From assembly GCA_043808545.1 (NCBI GenBank), contig JAZDEU010000002.1, positions 1-32,972 of the forward strand: 32,972 nucleotides of DNA, read 5' to 3'. Origin of the DNA: a bacterium (GTDB lineage: Bacteria; Patescibacteriota; Patescibacteriia; JAZDEU01). The translations under genes were made by a program, and so were the position numbers. This document shows, piece after piece, positions 9,158-17,587 of this stretch. Each line of letters opens with the position of its first letter. Within the stretch, counting starts at the first letter, position 1. The notes below the pieces were generated by a model that was not told where the DNA came from, searched no databases, and saw only the letters and a list, made by a program, of their open reading frames with translations.

Positions 9158-10084
9158 ATGAGCATATTAAAACCAGAGATACGAAAAGACTACATCCAAG
9201 AAAAATATGTTATTATCGCGCCTTTAAGAAAAAAGCGCCCGCGCCAGATTGAAAAACCGCAAATATCCGAGGTCCAAGACCAAACATGCGTTTTTTGCCC
9301 GGAGCAAGTTGATAAAGTAAAAGATTTATTAACAATCGGTCCGCGAAAAAATTGGCGCATAAAAATTATTAGAAATATATTCCCTGCTGTTTCTTTAGAT
9401 AATCCTAATGCTTATGGAACGCAAGAAGTCGTTATAGAAACTCCTGAACATGTAAGAGAGTTAGATGACTTGCCTGAAAAACATATTATGGAGCTCTTAG
9501 AAGTTTACGCTTTGCGCACTAAAGAAATATCAAAAAATAAAAAAATCCAATATATCCTGATTTTTAAAAATAACGGCGGACGGGCGGGAGCTTCAATAAT
9601 CCATTCTCATTCGCAAATTTTCGCCACATCCTTCATCCCTCCGAATTTAATTGATAAAAGCCAAAGAGTCCAAGCTTATAAATTAAGCAATGGGAAATGC
9701 GTTTACTGCGATGTTATTGAAAAAGAATCAAAAAGTCCGAGAATAATTTATAAAGATAAAAATGTAATAGCATTTACTCCTTACGCGTCTATTCATAATT
9801 ACGAAGCATGGATAATGCCGCTCAAGCATATTGATAATATAACATGCCTTAATAAAAATGAAAAAGAATCTTTCGCTAAAATTTTAAAAATGATTCTTAA
9901 AAAAATAAACGCGCTAGGACTACCCTATAATTATTATTTCCATCAGGTTATTAATGATGAAGATCAGCATTTATATATGAAGATAACACCGCGCGGAAGC
10001 GTTTGGGCCGGCGTGGAAATCGGCTCCGGGTTAGTTATAAATCCAGTTTCTCCCGAAGACGCGGCAGAGTATTATAGGAAATAA
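9158..10084 (+). CDS. galT: Galactose-1-phosphate uridylyltransferase-family protein
   Basis: CVFCP, N.FP, GASIIHSHSQ (HxHxQ) and CVYCD motifs. Confidence 0.88.
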   Translation: MSILKPEIRKDYIQEKYVIIAPLRKKRPRQIEKPQISEVQDQTCVFCPEQVDKVKDLLTIGPRKNWRIKIIRNIFPAVSLDNPNAYGTQEVVIETPEHVRELDDLPEKHIMELLEVYALRTKEISKNKKIQYILIFKNNGGRAGASIIHSHSQIFATSFIPPNLIDKSQRVQAYKLSNGKCVYCDVIEKESKSPRIIYKDKNVIAFTPYASIHNYEAWIMPLKHIDNITCLNKNEKESFAKILKMILKKINALGLPYNYYFHQVINDEDQHLYMKITPRGSVWAGVEIGSGLVINPVSPEDAAEYYRK

Positions 10085-10139
10085 TGAATTATGAATCATG
10101 AATTATGGTTTATTGTCTAGATATTTTGTTATAAATTTT

Positions 10140-10167
10140 GTAGGGGCACGATGCTTAGTGCCCCTAC
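10140..10167. repeat. GTAG-family 28-bp REP
   Basis: gtaggggcacgatgcttagtgcccctac. Confidence 0.82.
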
Positions 10168-10182
10168 TTTACGAACTAATAT

Positions 10183-11070
10183 ATGTTCACACTCGGCATT
10201 GACACCGGCGCTACTTCAATAAAAAGCGGCGTTGTTGACGAAAAAGGAAAAATAAAAAATTTTATAAAAATAAAAAACCAATTTGCCAATGGGGAAAATT
10301 TTTTAATTAAACAATTAGCAGGAATAATAAATGATTACAAAAAAATCTTTCCTATAAAAAAAGCTGGAATCGGATTCGCTGGATCAGTAAATTTCAAAAG
10401 AGGGATTATTATTGGAACTGCTAATATGAACGGAATAAAAAATTTATATATAAAAAGAGATTTAGAAAAAAAATGCGACATAGAAATAACAGTTGATAAT
10501 GACGCGCATTGTTTCGCTCTCGCGGAAACTCATTTCGGAGCAGGTAAAAATTATAAAGACATACTTTGCATAACTTTAGGCACAGGTATAGGCGGAGGAA
10601 TAATAATAGATAAAAAACTCTGCCGCGGAGCTGATAATACAGCTGGGAAAATAGGACATATTATAATTGATAAAAATTCTGATATAAAATGCGGATGCGG
10701 AGGCTTCGGACATTGGGAGAGCTTTACAAGCGGCAAAGCTTTAGCTAAGCTATATAAAGTAGCGACTGAACAAGAAGTGGATGCGGAGATAATCGCTGAA
10801 ATGGCGGGCAGAGGCGAGAAAATAGCGCAAAAAGTTATTATTGAGGCTGGCTATAATTTCGCGATAGGCATAGCGAATCTTCTAAATATTCTTAATCCTG
10901 AAATTGTAATTATCGGAGGAAGCCTTATAAAAATAGATTTGCTTTGGAACACATTTTTAAATAACCTTCCATCATTTCTAGAAGGAAAGGCCGTAGCAAA
11001 TACTAAAATAGTAAAATCAAAATTCGGAGATGAAGCGGGAGTAATTGGGGCGAGCTTATTATTTAAATAA
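10183..11070 (+). CDS. ROK-family sugar kinase (glucokinase-like)
   Basis: GIDTGAT, DNDAHCFALAE, LGTGIGGG, CGCGGFGHWE and IIGG motifs. Confidence 0.93.
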   Translation: MFTLGIDTGATSIKSGVVDEKGKIKNFIKIKNQFANGENFLIKQLAGIINDYKKIFPIKKAGIGFAGSVNFKRGIIIGTANMNGIKNLYIKRDLEKKCDIEITVDNDAHCFALAETHFGAGKNYKDILCITLGTGIGGGIIIDKKLCRGADNTAGKIGHIIIDKNSDIKCGCGGFGHWESFTSGKALAKLYKVATEQEVDAEIIAEMAGRGEKIAQKVIIEAGYNFAIGIANLLNILNPEIVIIGGSLIKIDLLWNTFLNNLPSFLEGKAVANTKIVKSKFGDEAGVIGASLLFK

Positions 11071-11119
11071 TGCTTTTCATTATTTTTGACTTTTGATTTT
11101 TAACTTTTGATTTTATTTT

Positions 11120-14044
11120 ATGCCCATACCACAGCTTACATATAAAGATCATAAAAGGCTTAATAATTCATCCTCTTCCCGCCGAAATCTTTATGATTCA
11201 CGCAGGAACCATACACTTCAAAGGGGGAAATATAATAAAAAAAATAAAAGAAGCTTTAAATTAAAAGTTTTTTTATTTCTTCTTAAAGCCGCTCTATTTC
11301 TTTTCGCCGCCGGCGCTATTGCTTTTGCATTTTTACTATGGAGATATTCAAAAGATTTACCTGCCGCGGACAAACTCATTGAAAGAGACATAGCTTTAAG
11401 CACGAAAATTTATGATCGCGCGGGCGAGACAATTCTTTATGATGTTCACGGAGAACAAAAAAGAACAATGGTAAGTCTTGATGAGATTCCGCAATACGCA
11501 AAAAACGCGACTATAACTGCGGAGGACCGAGATTTTTATACCCATCACGGCTTTGATTTAAAAGGAATAATACGAGCCATATTAACAAATCTATTAAGGG
11601 GAACATTGCATGGTCCGGGCGGCTCTACTATAACACAACAATTGGTAAAGAATGCTGTGCTAAGCTCTGAAAAAACATACTCGCGGAAATTAAAAGAACT
11701 TGTCTTATCTTACAGAATAGAAAATAAATTCTCAAAAGACGAGATTTTAAAAATGTATCTTAATGAAATACCATATGGTTCTACTGTTTATGGGATTGAA
11801 GCGGCGGCGCAAACTTTTTTCAATAAAAAAGCGTCTAAATTAACTCTGGCAGAATCTGCCATCCTCGCATCTTTGCCTAAAGCTCCAACTTACTATTCGC
11901 CTTATGGAAACAATAAAGATAAACTAATCGGCCGCCATCAGTATGTCTTAGATTCTATGGTTGAACAAGGATACATAACAAAAGAAGCCGCGGAAGAAGC
12001 GAAGAAAGAAACATTGAATTTTAATCCATTAACAGAAAATATTATTGCGCCCCATTTTGTTATGTATGTTAAAGAAATGCTGGCGGAAAAATACGGAGAA
12101 GATTTTATGGAACAAAGCGGTCTTAAAGTAATAACGACTCTTGATTTAGATAAGCAAAAAAAAGCAGAAGAAGCGATTAAAACCGGCGTTGAAAAAGCAA
12201 AAGAATTTAATGCAGGAAACGGCGCGCTAGTTGCTATTGATCCGAAAACTGGACAAATTCTCGCAATGGTCGGATCTCGCGATTATTTTGACACAGAAAA
12301 TGAAGGGAATTTTAATGTGGCGCTTGCGAAAAGACAGCCTGGCTCATCATTTAAGCCTATAGTTTACACCGCATTATTAGAAAAGGGATATACTACCGAA
12401 ACAATTCTTTTTGATGTAGCGACAAATTTTAAACCTAAAAATGATACTGCGGGAAAAGCTTATATCCCGCTTGACTATGACGAAAAAGAACGCGGTCCGA
12501 TAACAATAAGAAAAGCTCTGCAAGGATCTCTTAATATTCCCGCAGTCAAAGCGCTATATCTCGCGGGCTTAGATAATGTTTTAGATTTAGCAAAAAAACT
12601 AGGTTATACCACTTTACAAGACAAGAACAGATACGGACTTTCTCTTGTTTTAGGAGGAGGAGAAGTAACACTTTTGGAACATACTGCCGCTTATGGAATT
12701 TTAGCAAGAGAAGGAATTTTTAACCCTGCGGTCGCGATACTAAAAATAGAAGATAAAGACGGCAATGTAATAGAGGAATTTAAAGAAAACGGGACGAGAG
12801 TAATAGATGAGGAAATCGTGAGAAAAATGAATGACATTTTGTCTGACGACTCCGCGCGAAGTTATATTTTTGGATCTAACAGCAAACTAACTTTAAAGGG
12901 TCGCCCTGTGTGCGCGAAAACAGGAACGACAAACGATTATAGAGATGCGTGGACGATGGGATATACGCCATCTCTTGTTGCTGGAGTATGGGTTGGAAAT
13001 AATGATAATTCAGAAATGAAAAAGGGCGAAGGAGGAACGAGAGCCGCCGCGCCTATTTGGAATGAATTTATGACAAAAGTTTTAGGAGATGGAAATAAAG
13101 GAGATTCAACTCCGGTGGAAGAATTTAAAAAACCGAAAGAAGATTTTGTTGACAAAGTAATGCTTAACGGACAATCCAACAATGAAACACTCATAAAAAT
13201 AGATAAAGTATCTGGTAAAATCGCCACTGATTTTTGCCCTGAGTCTTATGTGGAAGAAAAAAAGTATGGTTCGGTGCATTCAATTTTATATTATGTTTCC
13301 AAAGATAAACCGAGAGGAGACATTCCAGAGAATCCCAGCGTTGATCCGCAATTCGCTGGCTGGGAGACTGCGGTTTTAAAATGGGCGACCAGCACAAAAG
13401 AATTGACTTTAGAAAATCCGCCAACGGAAAAATGCTTTTTGCATAATTTAGAAAATAAACCTGTCTTAAATATTGTTTATCCGTCTGACAAAGATACTGT
13501 GCAATCTAAAAATATAGAAATACGGGTTGACGCGACCGCGCCAAAAGGAATACATCATATTGATTATTATATAGATGATACGCTCGCGCAAACTGTCGCC
13601 ACTTATCCTTTTAATTTAAGTTATCCTGCTGTAAAAATAGCTAACGGATTTCATACGATAAAAGCAAAAGCTTATGATGATGTTGAAAATTTTAATGAAG
13701 CTTCCATTGAAATAAATTTGATGATTGGACGGGATCCGATTAGCGCGTATTTTGAAGCGCCCCAGCAAAATGCGTCTTTCTCATCATCTTCTTTCCCTAT
13801 AAAATTCGTAATAAAAATTTCCGATCCCCTAAACTCGCAAAGCATAAAAATTTTATCGCAAAAAGATGGCGAAACAAGTCAGATAATAAAAACTTTTTCT
13901 GATAATGAAATATTATCTGACACGCTTGAGTTTACTTGGGGAGATAATCCTGTTGCTGGAAATTATAAATTTTACATTGAAGCGATTGATAAAAAAAATA
14001 GATATACAAGAAGCGAGGAGCTTGAGATGAAAATTTTGAGATAA
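11120..14044 (+). CDS. Class A penicillin-binding protein (PBP1A) with C-terminal Ig-like domains
   Basis: TM helix; transglycosylase motifs EDRDFYTHHG, GGSTITQQLVKN and RKLKE; transpeptidase motifs SSFK, SLN and KTGT. Confidence 0.95.
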   Translation: MPIPQLTYKDHKRLNNSSSSRRNLYDSRRNHTLQRGKYNKKNKRSFKLKVFLFLLKAALFLFAAGAIAFAFLLWRYSKDLPAADKLIERDIALSTKIYDRAGETILYDVHGEQKRTMVSLDEIPQYAKNATITAEDRDFYTHHGFDLKGIIRAILTNLLRGTLHGPGGSTITQQLVKNAVLSSEKTYSRKLKELVLSYRIENKFSKDEILKMYLNEIPYGSTVYGIEAAAQTFFNKKASKLTLAESAILASLPKAPTYYSPYGNNKDKLIGRHQYVLDSMVEQGYITKEAAEEAKKETLNFNPLTENIIAPHFVMYVKEMLAEKYGEDFMEQSGLKVITTLDLDKQKKAEEAIKTGVEKAKEFNAGNGALVAIDPKTGQILAMVGSRDYFDTENEGNFNVALAKRQPGSSFKPIVYTALLEKGYTTETILFDVATNFKPKNDTAGKAYIPLDYDEKERGPITIRKALQGSLNIPAVKALYLAGLDNVLDLAKKLGYTTLQDKNRYGLSLVLGGGEVTLLEHTAAYGILAREGIFNPAVAILKIEDKDGNVIEEFKENGTRVIDEEIVRKMNDILSDDSARSYIFGSNSKLTLKGRPVCAKTGTTNDYRDAWTMGYTPSLVAGVWVGNNDNSEMKKGEGGTRAAAPIWNEFMTKVLGDGNKGDSTPVEEFKKPKEDFVDKVMLNGQSNNETLIKIDKVSGKIATDFCPESYVEEKKYGSVHSILYYVSKDKPRGDIPENPSVDPQFAGWETAVLKWATSTKELTLENPPTEKCFLHNLENKPVLNIVYPSDKDTVQSKNIEIRVDATAPKGIHHIDYYIDDTLAQTVATYPFNLSYPAVKIANGFHTIKAKAYDDVENFNEASIEINLMIGRDPISAYFEAPQQNASFSSSSFPIKFVIKISDPLNSQSIKILSQKDGETSQIIKTFSDNEILSDTLEFTWGDNPVAGNYKFYIEAIDKKNRYTRSEELEMKILR

Positions 14045-14049
14045 AAAAT

Positions 14050-14677
14050 ATGCTTCATAATATCGAACAACTACAGAAAAAATTTGGCAAAATTTTCAAC
14101 TTTATTGATTTTGGGAATGTAAATAAATGGTTTGATAAAGATAATAAAAATTTTGATGGAACTATTCTAAAAGAAAATGAAAAATTAATTGTTGATATTA
14201 ACAAACTTGCTAATTTTACTAAAACATTTTCAAAGCACGCTAGATTTTATTATGGGCTTGATCCTGAGAATAAAGGTTCAATCCATATAATCGCTAAAGC
14301 AAGAAAGCACTTCAACAAAACAGTCGCGAAGCCTTTACAGAACATTAAACATTATCTAATGGGCGACGAGGACAGCACGCGAAAAATAAATCATGATTCT
14401 AAAGGAAAATTTATCTATATCCCAAAATGCAACTTTGATGTTGAGATTTGCATAGATGCCGTTAGATTTATTAATAAATATAATACTTTTTGTTTGTTTT
14501 CCAGTGATGCTGATTTTGTATATCTACTTAACTTTCTGAAAAAAAAATAATAAAAAAATAATTCTAATAAAGGGAGGGTATGCGCAATATAATCTGGTAA
14601 AACAAGCAGATTTAGTTATCAATGCTCAAGAAATAAAAAAATATATCACCCTTATAAAGCAAAAATCTCGCCACTAA
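14050..14677 (+). pseudogene. NYN-domain (PIN-like) nuclease gene with a one-base frameshift in an A9 run
   Basis: FIDFGNV, KCNFDVEICID and SSDADF motifs. The ORF stops at 14550, but removing one A from 14539-14547 continues KKNNKKIILIKGG...ADLVINAQEIK...KQKSRH* to 14677 (208 aa). Confidence 0.85.
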
Positions 14678-14733
14678 GGCGAGATTTGCGTATATCTGAC
14701 CCGCATCCGCGGGCAGGGTAATCTTTCAATTAC
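14659..14733 (-). ncRNA. Candidate ~75-nt small RNA convergent with and overlapping the NYN gene end
   Basis: GUAAUU-GAAA-GAUUAC hairpin, CUG-CCCGC-GGAU-GCGGG-U-CAG hairpin, and a 10-bp terminator stem AAAUCUCGCC/GGCGAGAUUU plus U tract. It has its own promoter. Confidence 0.6.
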
Positions 14734-14739
14734 AATATT

Positions 14740-14767
14740 ATTGTATCACATACTAATATATTGTCAA
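14740..14767 (-). promoter_or_regulatory. Promoter of the candidate sRNA
   Basis: TTGACA-N16-TACAAT with an extended TG. Confidence 0.6.
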
Positions 14768-15001
14768 GAGTTTATGTCAGTTTTGTCAGTTTTATTATAA
14801 AATAATGGTTGACTTTTTAATTGAAGAAGGGAAATTTAAAAAAATACTTTTCCCAAACAAAAATTCGCGTCTTCGTTGTATAAAAAAAACGAGAGTTTAT
14901 TTTGATTACCTCGTTAATATAAAACATCGCATTGAATTAAAATAAAAAAGGGGACCTTTGCTCTTGCGATCGCCGGGACCCTTTTGTCTTGATGTAATAT
15001 T

Positions 15002-15030
15002 AGTATATATCAAATTAATTCGTTTGTCAA
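15002..15030 (-). promoter_or_regulatory. Near-consensus sigma70 promoter with no convincing downstream CDS
   Basis: TTGACA (15030-15025)-N17-TATACT (15007-15002). Confidence 0.6.
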
Positions 15031-15060
15031 GAATTAAATTTTCATGTTCTGTTTCAACAA

Positions 15061-15104
15061 AAAAAATAAGGCTTCGCAGTTTTGTAAAAACAACTGCGAA
15101 GCCT
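15061..15104 (-). terminator. Intrinsic terminator of the repeat-protein gene
   Basis: 13-bp stem AGGCTTCGCAGTT/AACTGCGAAGCCT followed on the minus strand by TATTTTTTTT. Confidence 0.75.
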
Positions 15105-15120
15105 GTATTGGCAGTAATCG

Positions 15121-15576
15121 TCAAGAAAAGAATAATTCCAAAATATTTTTCTCTTTGGCGCTATCAACGACCGCTTTCAGGGAAAGCTCGCGGCTAAGGT
15201 TGCGGACATCGCTATCACCGAAAGTTTGGCAGTTAATAAGATATTCCAGCTGTTTCGCCAATTCTTCCTCTGCTACTTTCAGGGAAAGCTCGCGGCTAAG
15301 GTTGCGGACATTGCTATCATCGGATTTTTGGCAGTTAATAAGATATTTCAGCTGTTTCGCCAATTCTTCCTCTGACATTCTGCGCATTACTTTCAGGGAA
15401 AGCTCGCGGCTAAGGTTGCGGACATTGCTATCATAGGATTTTTGGCAGTTAATAAGATATTCCAGCTGTTTCGCCAATTCTTTCGCCACTACTTCTGAAT
15501 TATTAACTGTCCTCATAACTTCCAAATGACTAATACTTCCTTTTTGTATCTCTTCAAAAATCATTTCTATAGACAT
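15121..15576 (-). CDS. Small hypothetical protein with three near-identical helical (HEAT-like) repeats
   Basis: 3x ELAKQL(E/K)YLINCQ...DS(N/D)VRNLSRELSLK. It has an upstream GAGGGG SD-like motif and a downstream terminator. Confidence 0.7.
   Translation of the reverse strand: MSIEMIFEEIQKGSISHLEVMRTVNNSEVVAKELAKQLEYLINCQKSYDSNVRNLSRELSLKVMRRMSEEELAKQLKYLINCQKSDDSNVRNLSRELSLKVAEEELAKQLEYLINCQTFGDSDVRNLSRELSLKAVVDSAKEKNILELFFS
15174..15482. repeat. Coding tandem repeat, three units
   Basis: Units start at 15174, 15276 and 15390 (periods 102 and 114 bp, both multiples of 3). Confidence 0.9.
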
Positions 15577-15606
15577 TTCACGCCCCTCATCTTAAATTGT
15601 TAATTT

Positions 15607-17421
15607 ATGCAAACTACAGAACAAAAAGATCAATATAATAAACTATCATATCTAAAAAAAATTGTCAAATATTTATTCTTTCTTTTTATATTTCTTTTGC
15701 CCATCCAAACCCGCTATATCTATCAACAAGCCACGCTAAATAATGGCGCGTGGGAATACGGGACTTTAAGCTTATACGCGACGGAAATCTTGTTAGGGAC
15801 AATAATTATTTTGTATATAATTGGATTTATAGGGGCGTATTCTAGGGCATATCGCAATATGCCCCTACAATTATACACTGAAAACGGGAAAAAAAATCTA
15901 AAAAATCCGCTTATTTTTTTACCGCTCGCATTACTGCTTTGGTCTGTAGCATCTATCTTTTGGGCTTATGACAAAATGCTCGCTTGGGATAGATGCATAA
16001 TTTTAATGGAAGGGATTATAGTGTATTTGTTCATTATTAAAATCCCCCTCTTTTCCAAAGAACCTGCCCTGAGCGATAGCCGAATGGGGGGGTTAGGGCC
16101 TGCCTGCCTGTCTGCGCAGGCAGGCGCAGGCAGGGAGATTTCTCCAAGCGCAAAACCTACTCAAATAGAAAACGCCTCCAGATATAACAACCCAGAAAAA
16201 TCCCCCTGTATCCCCCTTTACAAAAGGGGGAGCTATCTAATCCCCCTAATCGCCAGCGCAATCTGCCAATCAATGCTCGCTATTTACCAGTTCGCTTCCC
16301 AGCAAATAATTGCGAATAAATGGCTTGGCATAGCATCCCACTTGCCAGAAACACTCGGGACATCTGTTGTTGAAACGCCGCTTCGCCGATGGTTGCGCGC
16401 TTACGGAAGCCTGCCGCATCCTAATATTCTAGCGGCATATTTAGGAATTGCTCTCCTTCTCTTTATTATATTTATCTTCAATAAATCTCCAAAAAAAAAT
16501 CAGCAATCCGAACTTACAAATACCGAAGAATTAAAACAACGATTATCAGGGATACTAAAAGTATTCGCTATTTTCTTAATAAGCGCAGCTATTATTTTTA
16601 CATTTTCCCGCGCCGTATGGATAGGATTATTTCTCTCTATAATAATATTTTTAGTCTTTAATAAACTACCGCGTCATCCTGATAAAAATAAAACACGGCG
16701 TCATCCTTCCCCCGCTTTAGCGGGGGAAGGATATCTCAAAATGACACAAAATTTTCCCTTTATCCCATCTTTCGGTTTTTTTATTTTATTCCTCTTCGTT
16801 TTATTCCTCGCGCGCGAACCTATAATGGCGAGAATTTCAAATTCAAACAGATTAGAACAAAAATCAAACCAAGAACGTATGTTATCCTATAAAGAAAGCA
16901 AGGATATTATAAAAGAAAACTGGTTGATTGGAACTGGAATTGGAAATTACACTCTTGCTTTATACAAAAAAAATCCAAGTCTTTCCGCTTACGAATACCA
17001 GCCTGTTCATAATTTATTTATACTAATATTCGCCGAACTAGGAATCTTCGGCTTATTGATTTTTTTATTATTCCTTTTTTATATTACTAAAAAAATTATA
17101 CAAAATCACTTAGTGTCTGTTGAAATATTCGCAGAGTGTCATTCCGACCGAGCGAACCAGCCACCCAAACGGCTGGTTCGTAAGTGGAGGAATCTGTTTA
17201 TTAAACCAAATTTGGTGCGGTCAACAGATCCCCATTCGGCTATCGCTCAGGGCAGGCTCTCGGCTACACTCGGGATGACAAAGGAATACTATTTCAACAG
17301 CAACTACTTCATCATCTTATTTATATTCATACTTCTAATCTCTCTTTTTGACCATTATTTCTGGAGCCTGTATTTCGGAGTAATACTCTTCTGGATTTGT
17401 ATGGGAATTATAATCTCTTAA
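15607..17421 (+). CDS. O-antigen ligase (Wzy_C)-family membrane protein with multiple repeat-derived inserts
   Basis: Multiple TM helices; RAYGSLPHPNILAAYL, TFSRAVW, GTGIGNY, PVHNLFILIFAELG and LFDHYFW motifs. Confidence 0.88.
   Translation: MQTTEQKDQYNKLSYLKKIVKYLFFLFIFLLPIQTRYIYQQATLNNGAWEYGTLSLYATEILLGTIIILYIIGFIGAYSRAYRNMPLQLYTENGKKNLKNPLIFLPLALLLWSVASIFWAYDKMLAWDRCIILMEGIIVYLFIIKIPLFSKEPALSDSRMGGLGPACLSAQAGAGREISPSAKPTQIENASRYNNPEKSPCIPLYKRGSYLIPLIASAICQSMLAIYQFASQQIIANKWLGIASHLPETLGTSVVETPLRRWLRAYGSLPHPNILAAYLGIALLLFIIFIFNKSPKKNQQSELTNTEELKQRLSGILKVFAIFLISAAIIFTFSRAVWIGLFLSIIIFLVFNKLPRHPDKNKTRRHPSPALAGEGYLKMTQNFPFIPSFGFFILFLFVLFLAREPIMARISNSNRLEQKSNQERMLSYKESKDIIKENWLIGTGIGNYTLALYKKNPSLSAYEYQPVHNLFILIFAELGIFGLLIFLLFLFYITKKIIQNHLVSVEIFAECHSDRANQPPKRLVRKWRNLFIKPNLVRSTDPHSAIAQGRLSATLGMTKEYYFNSNYFIILFIFILLISLFDHYFWSLYFGVILFWICMGIIIS
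17111..17306. mobile_element. Composite MITE-like element inside the ligase CDS
   Basis: Terminal inverted repeats TAGT..CTGTTGAAATA / TATTTCAACAG..ACTA enclose a TGTCAT...ATGACA doublet (17137-17280). Same architecture as 29104-29267. Confidence 0.7.
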
Positions 17422-17445
17422 TTATTGTATAAAAAATATATCGGG

Positions 17446-17563
17446 TTGTCATTCCGACCGAAGCGAAGCCCGAAGGATGAGGGCAAGCGAAGCGGAGGAA
17501 TCTCTTTTAATCCCCATAATTTGGATTATTTAAAAGATTCCTCCACTTCGGTCGGAATGACAA
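17446..17563. repeat. TGTCAT-family inverted doublet between convergent genes
   Basis: ttgtcattccgaccgaag...ggaggaatct / agattcctcc...cttcggtcggaatgacaa. Confidence 0.85.
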
Positions 17564-17587
17564 AAAATAATTTTTACGAAAAATTCA

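Noticed and set aside
14906-15436. Alternative ORFs 14906-15124, 14958-15197 and 15044-15436
   Set aside because: They cross terminators and promoters or are antisense shadows of the repeat protein.
15174-15482. Repeat array as CRISPR
   Set aside because: The repeats are ~93 bp with 9-21 bp linkers, the periods are multiples of 3 inside an ORF, there are no unique ~30-bp spacers, and no cas genes.
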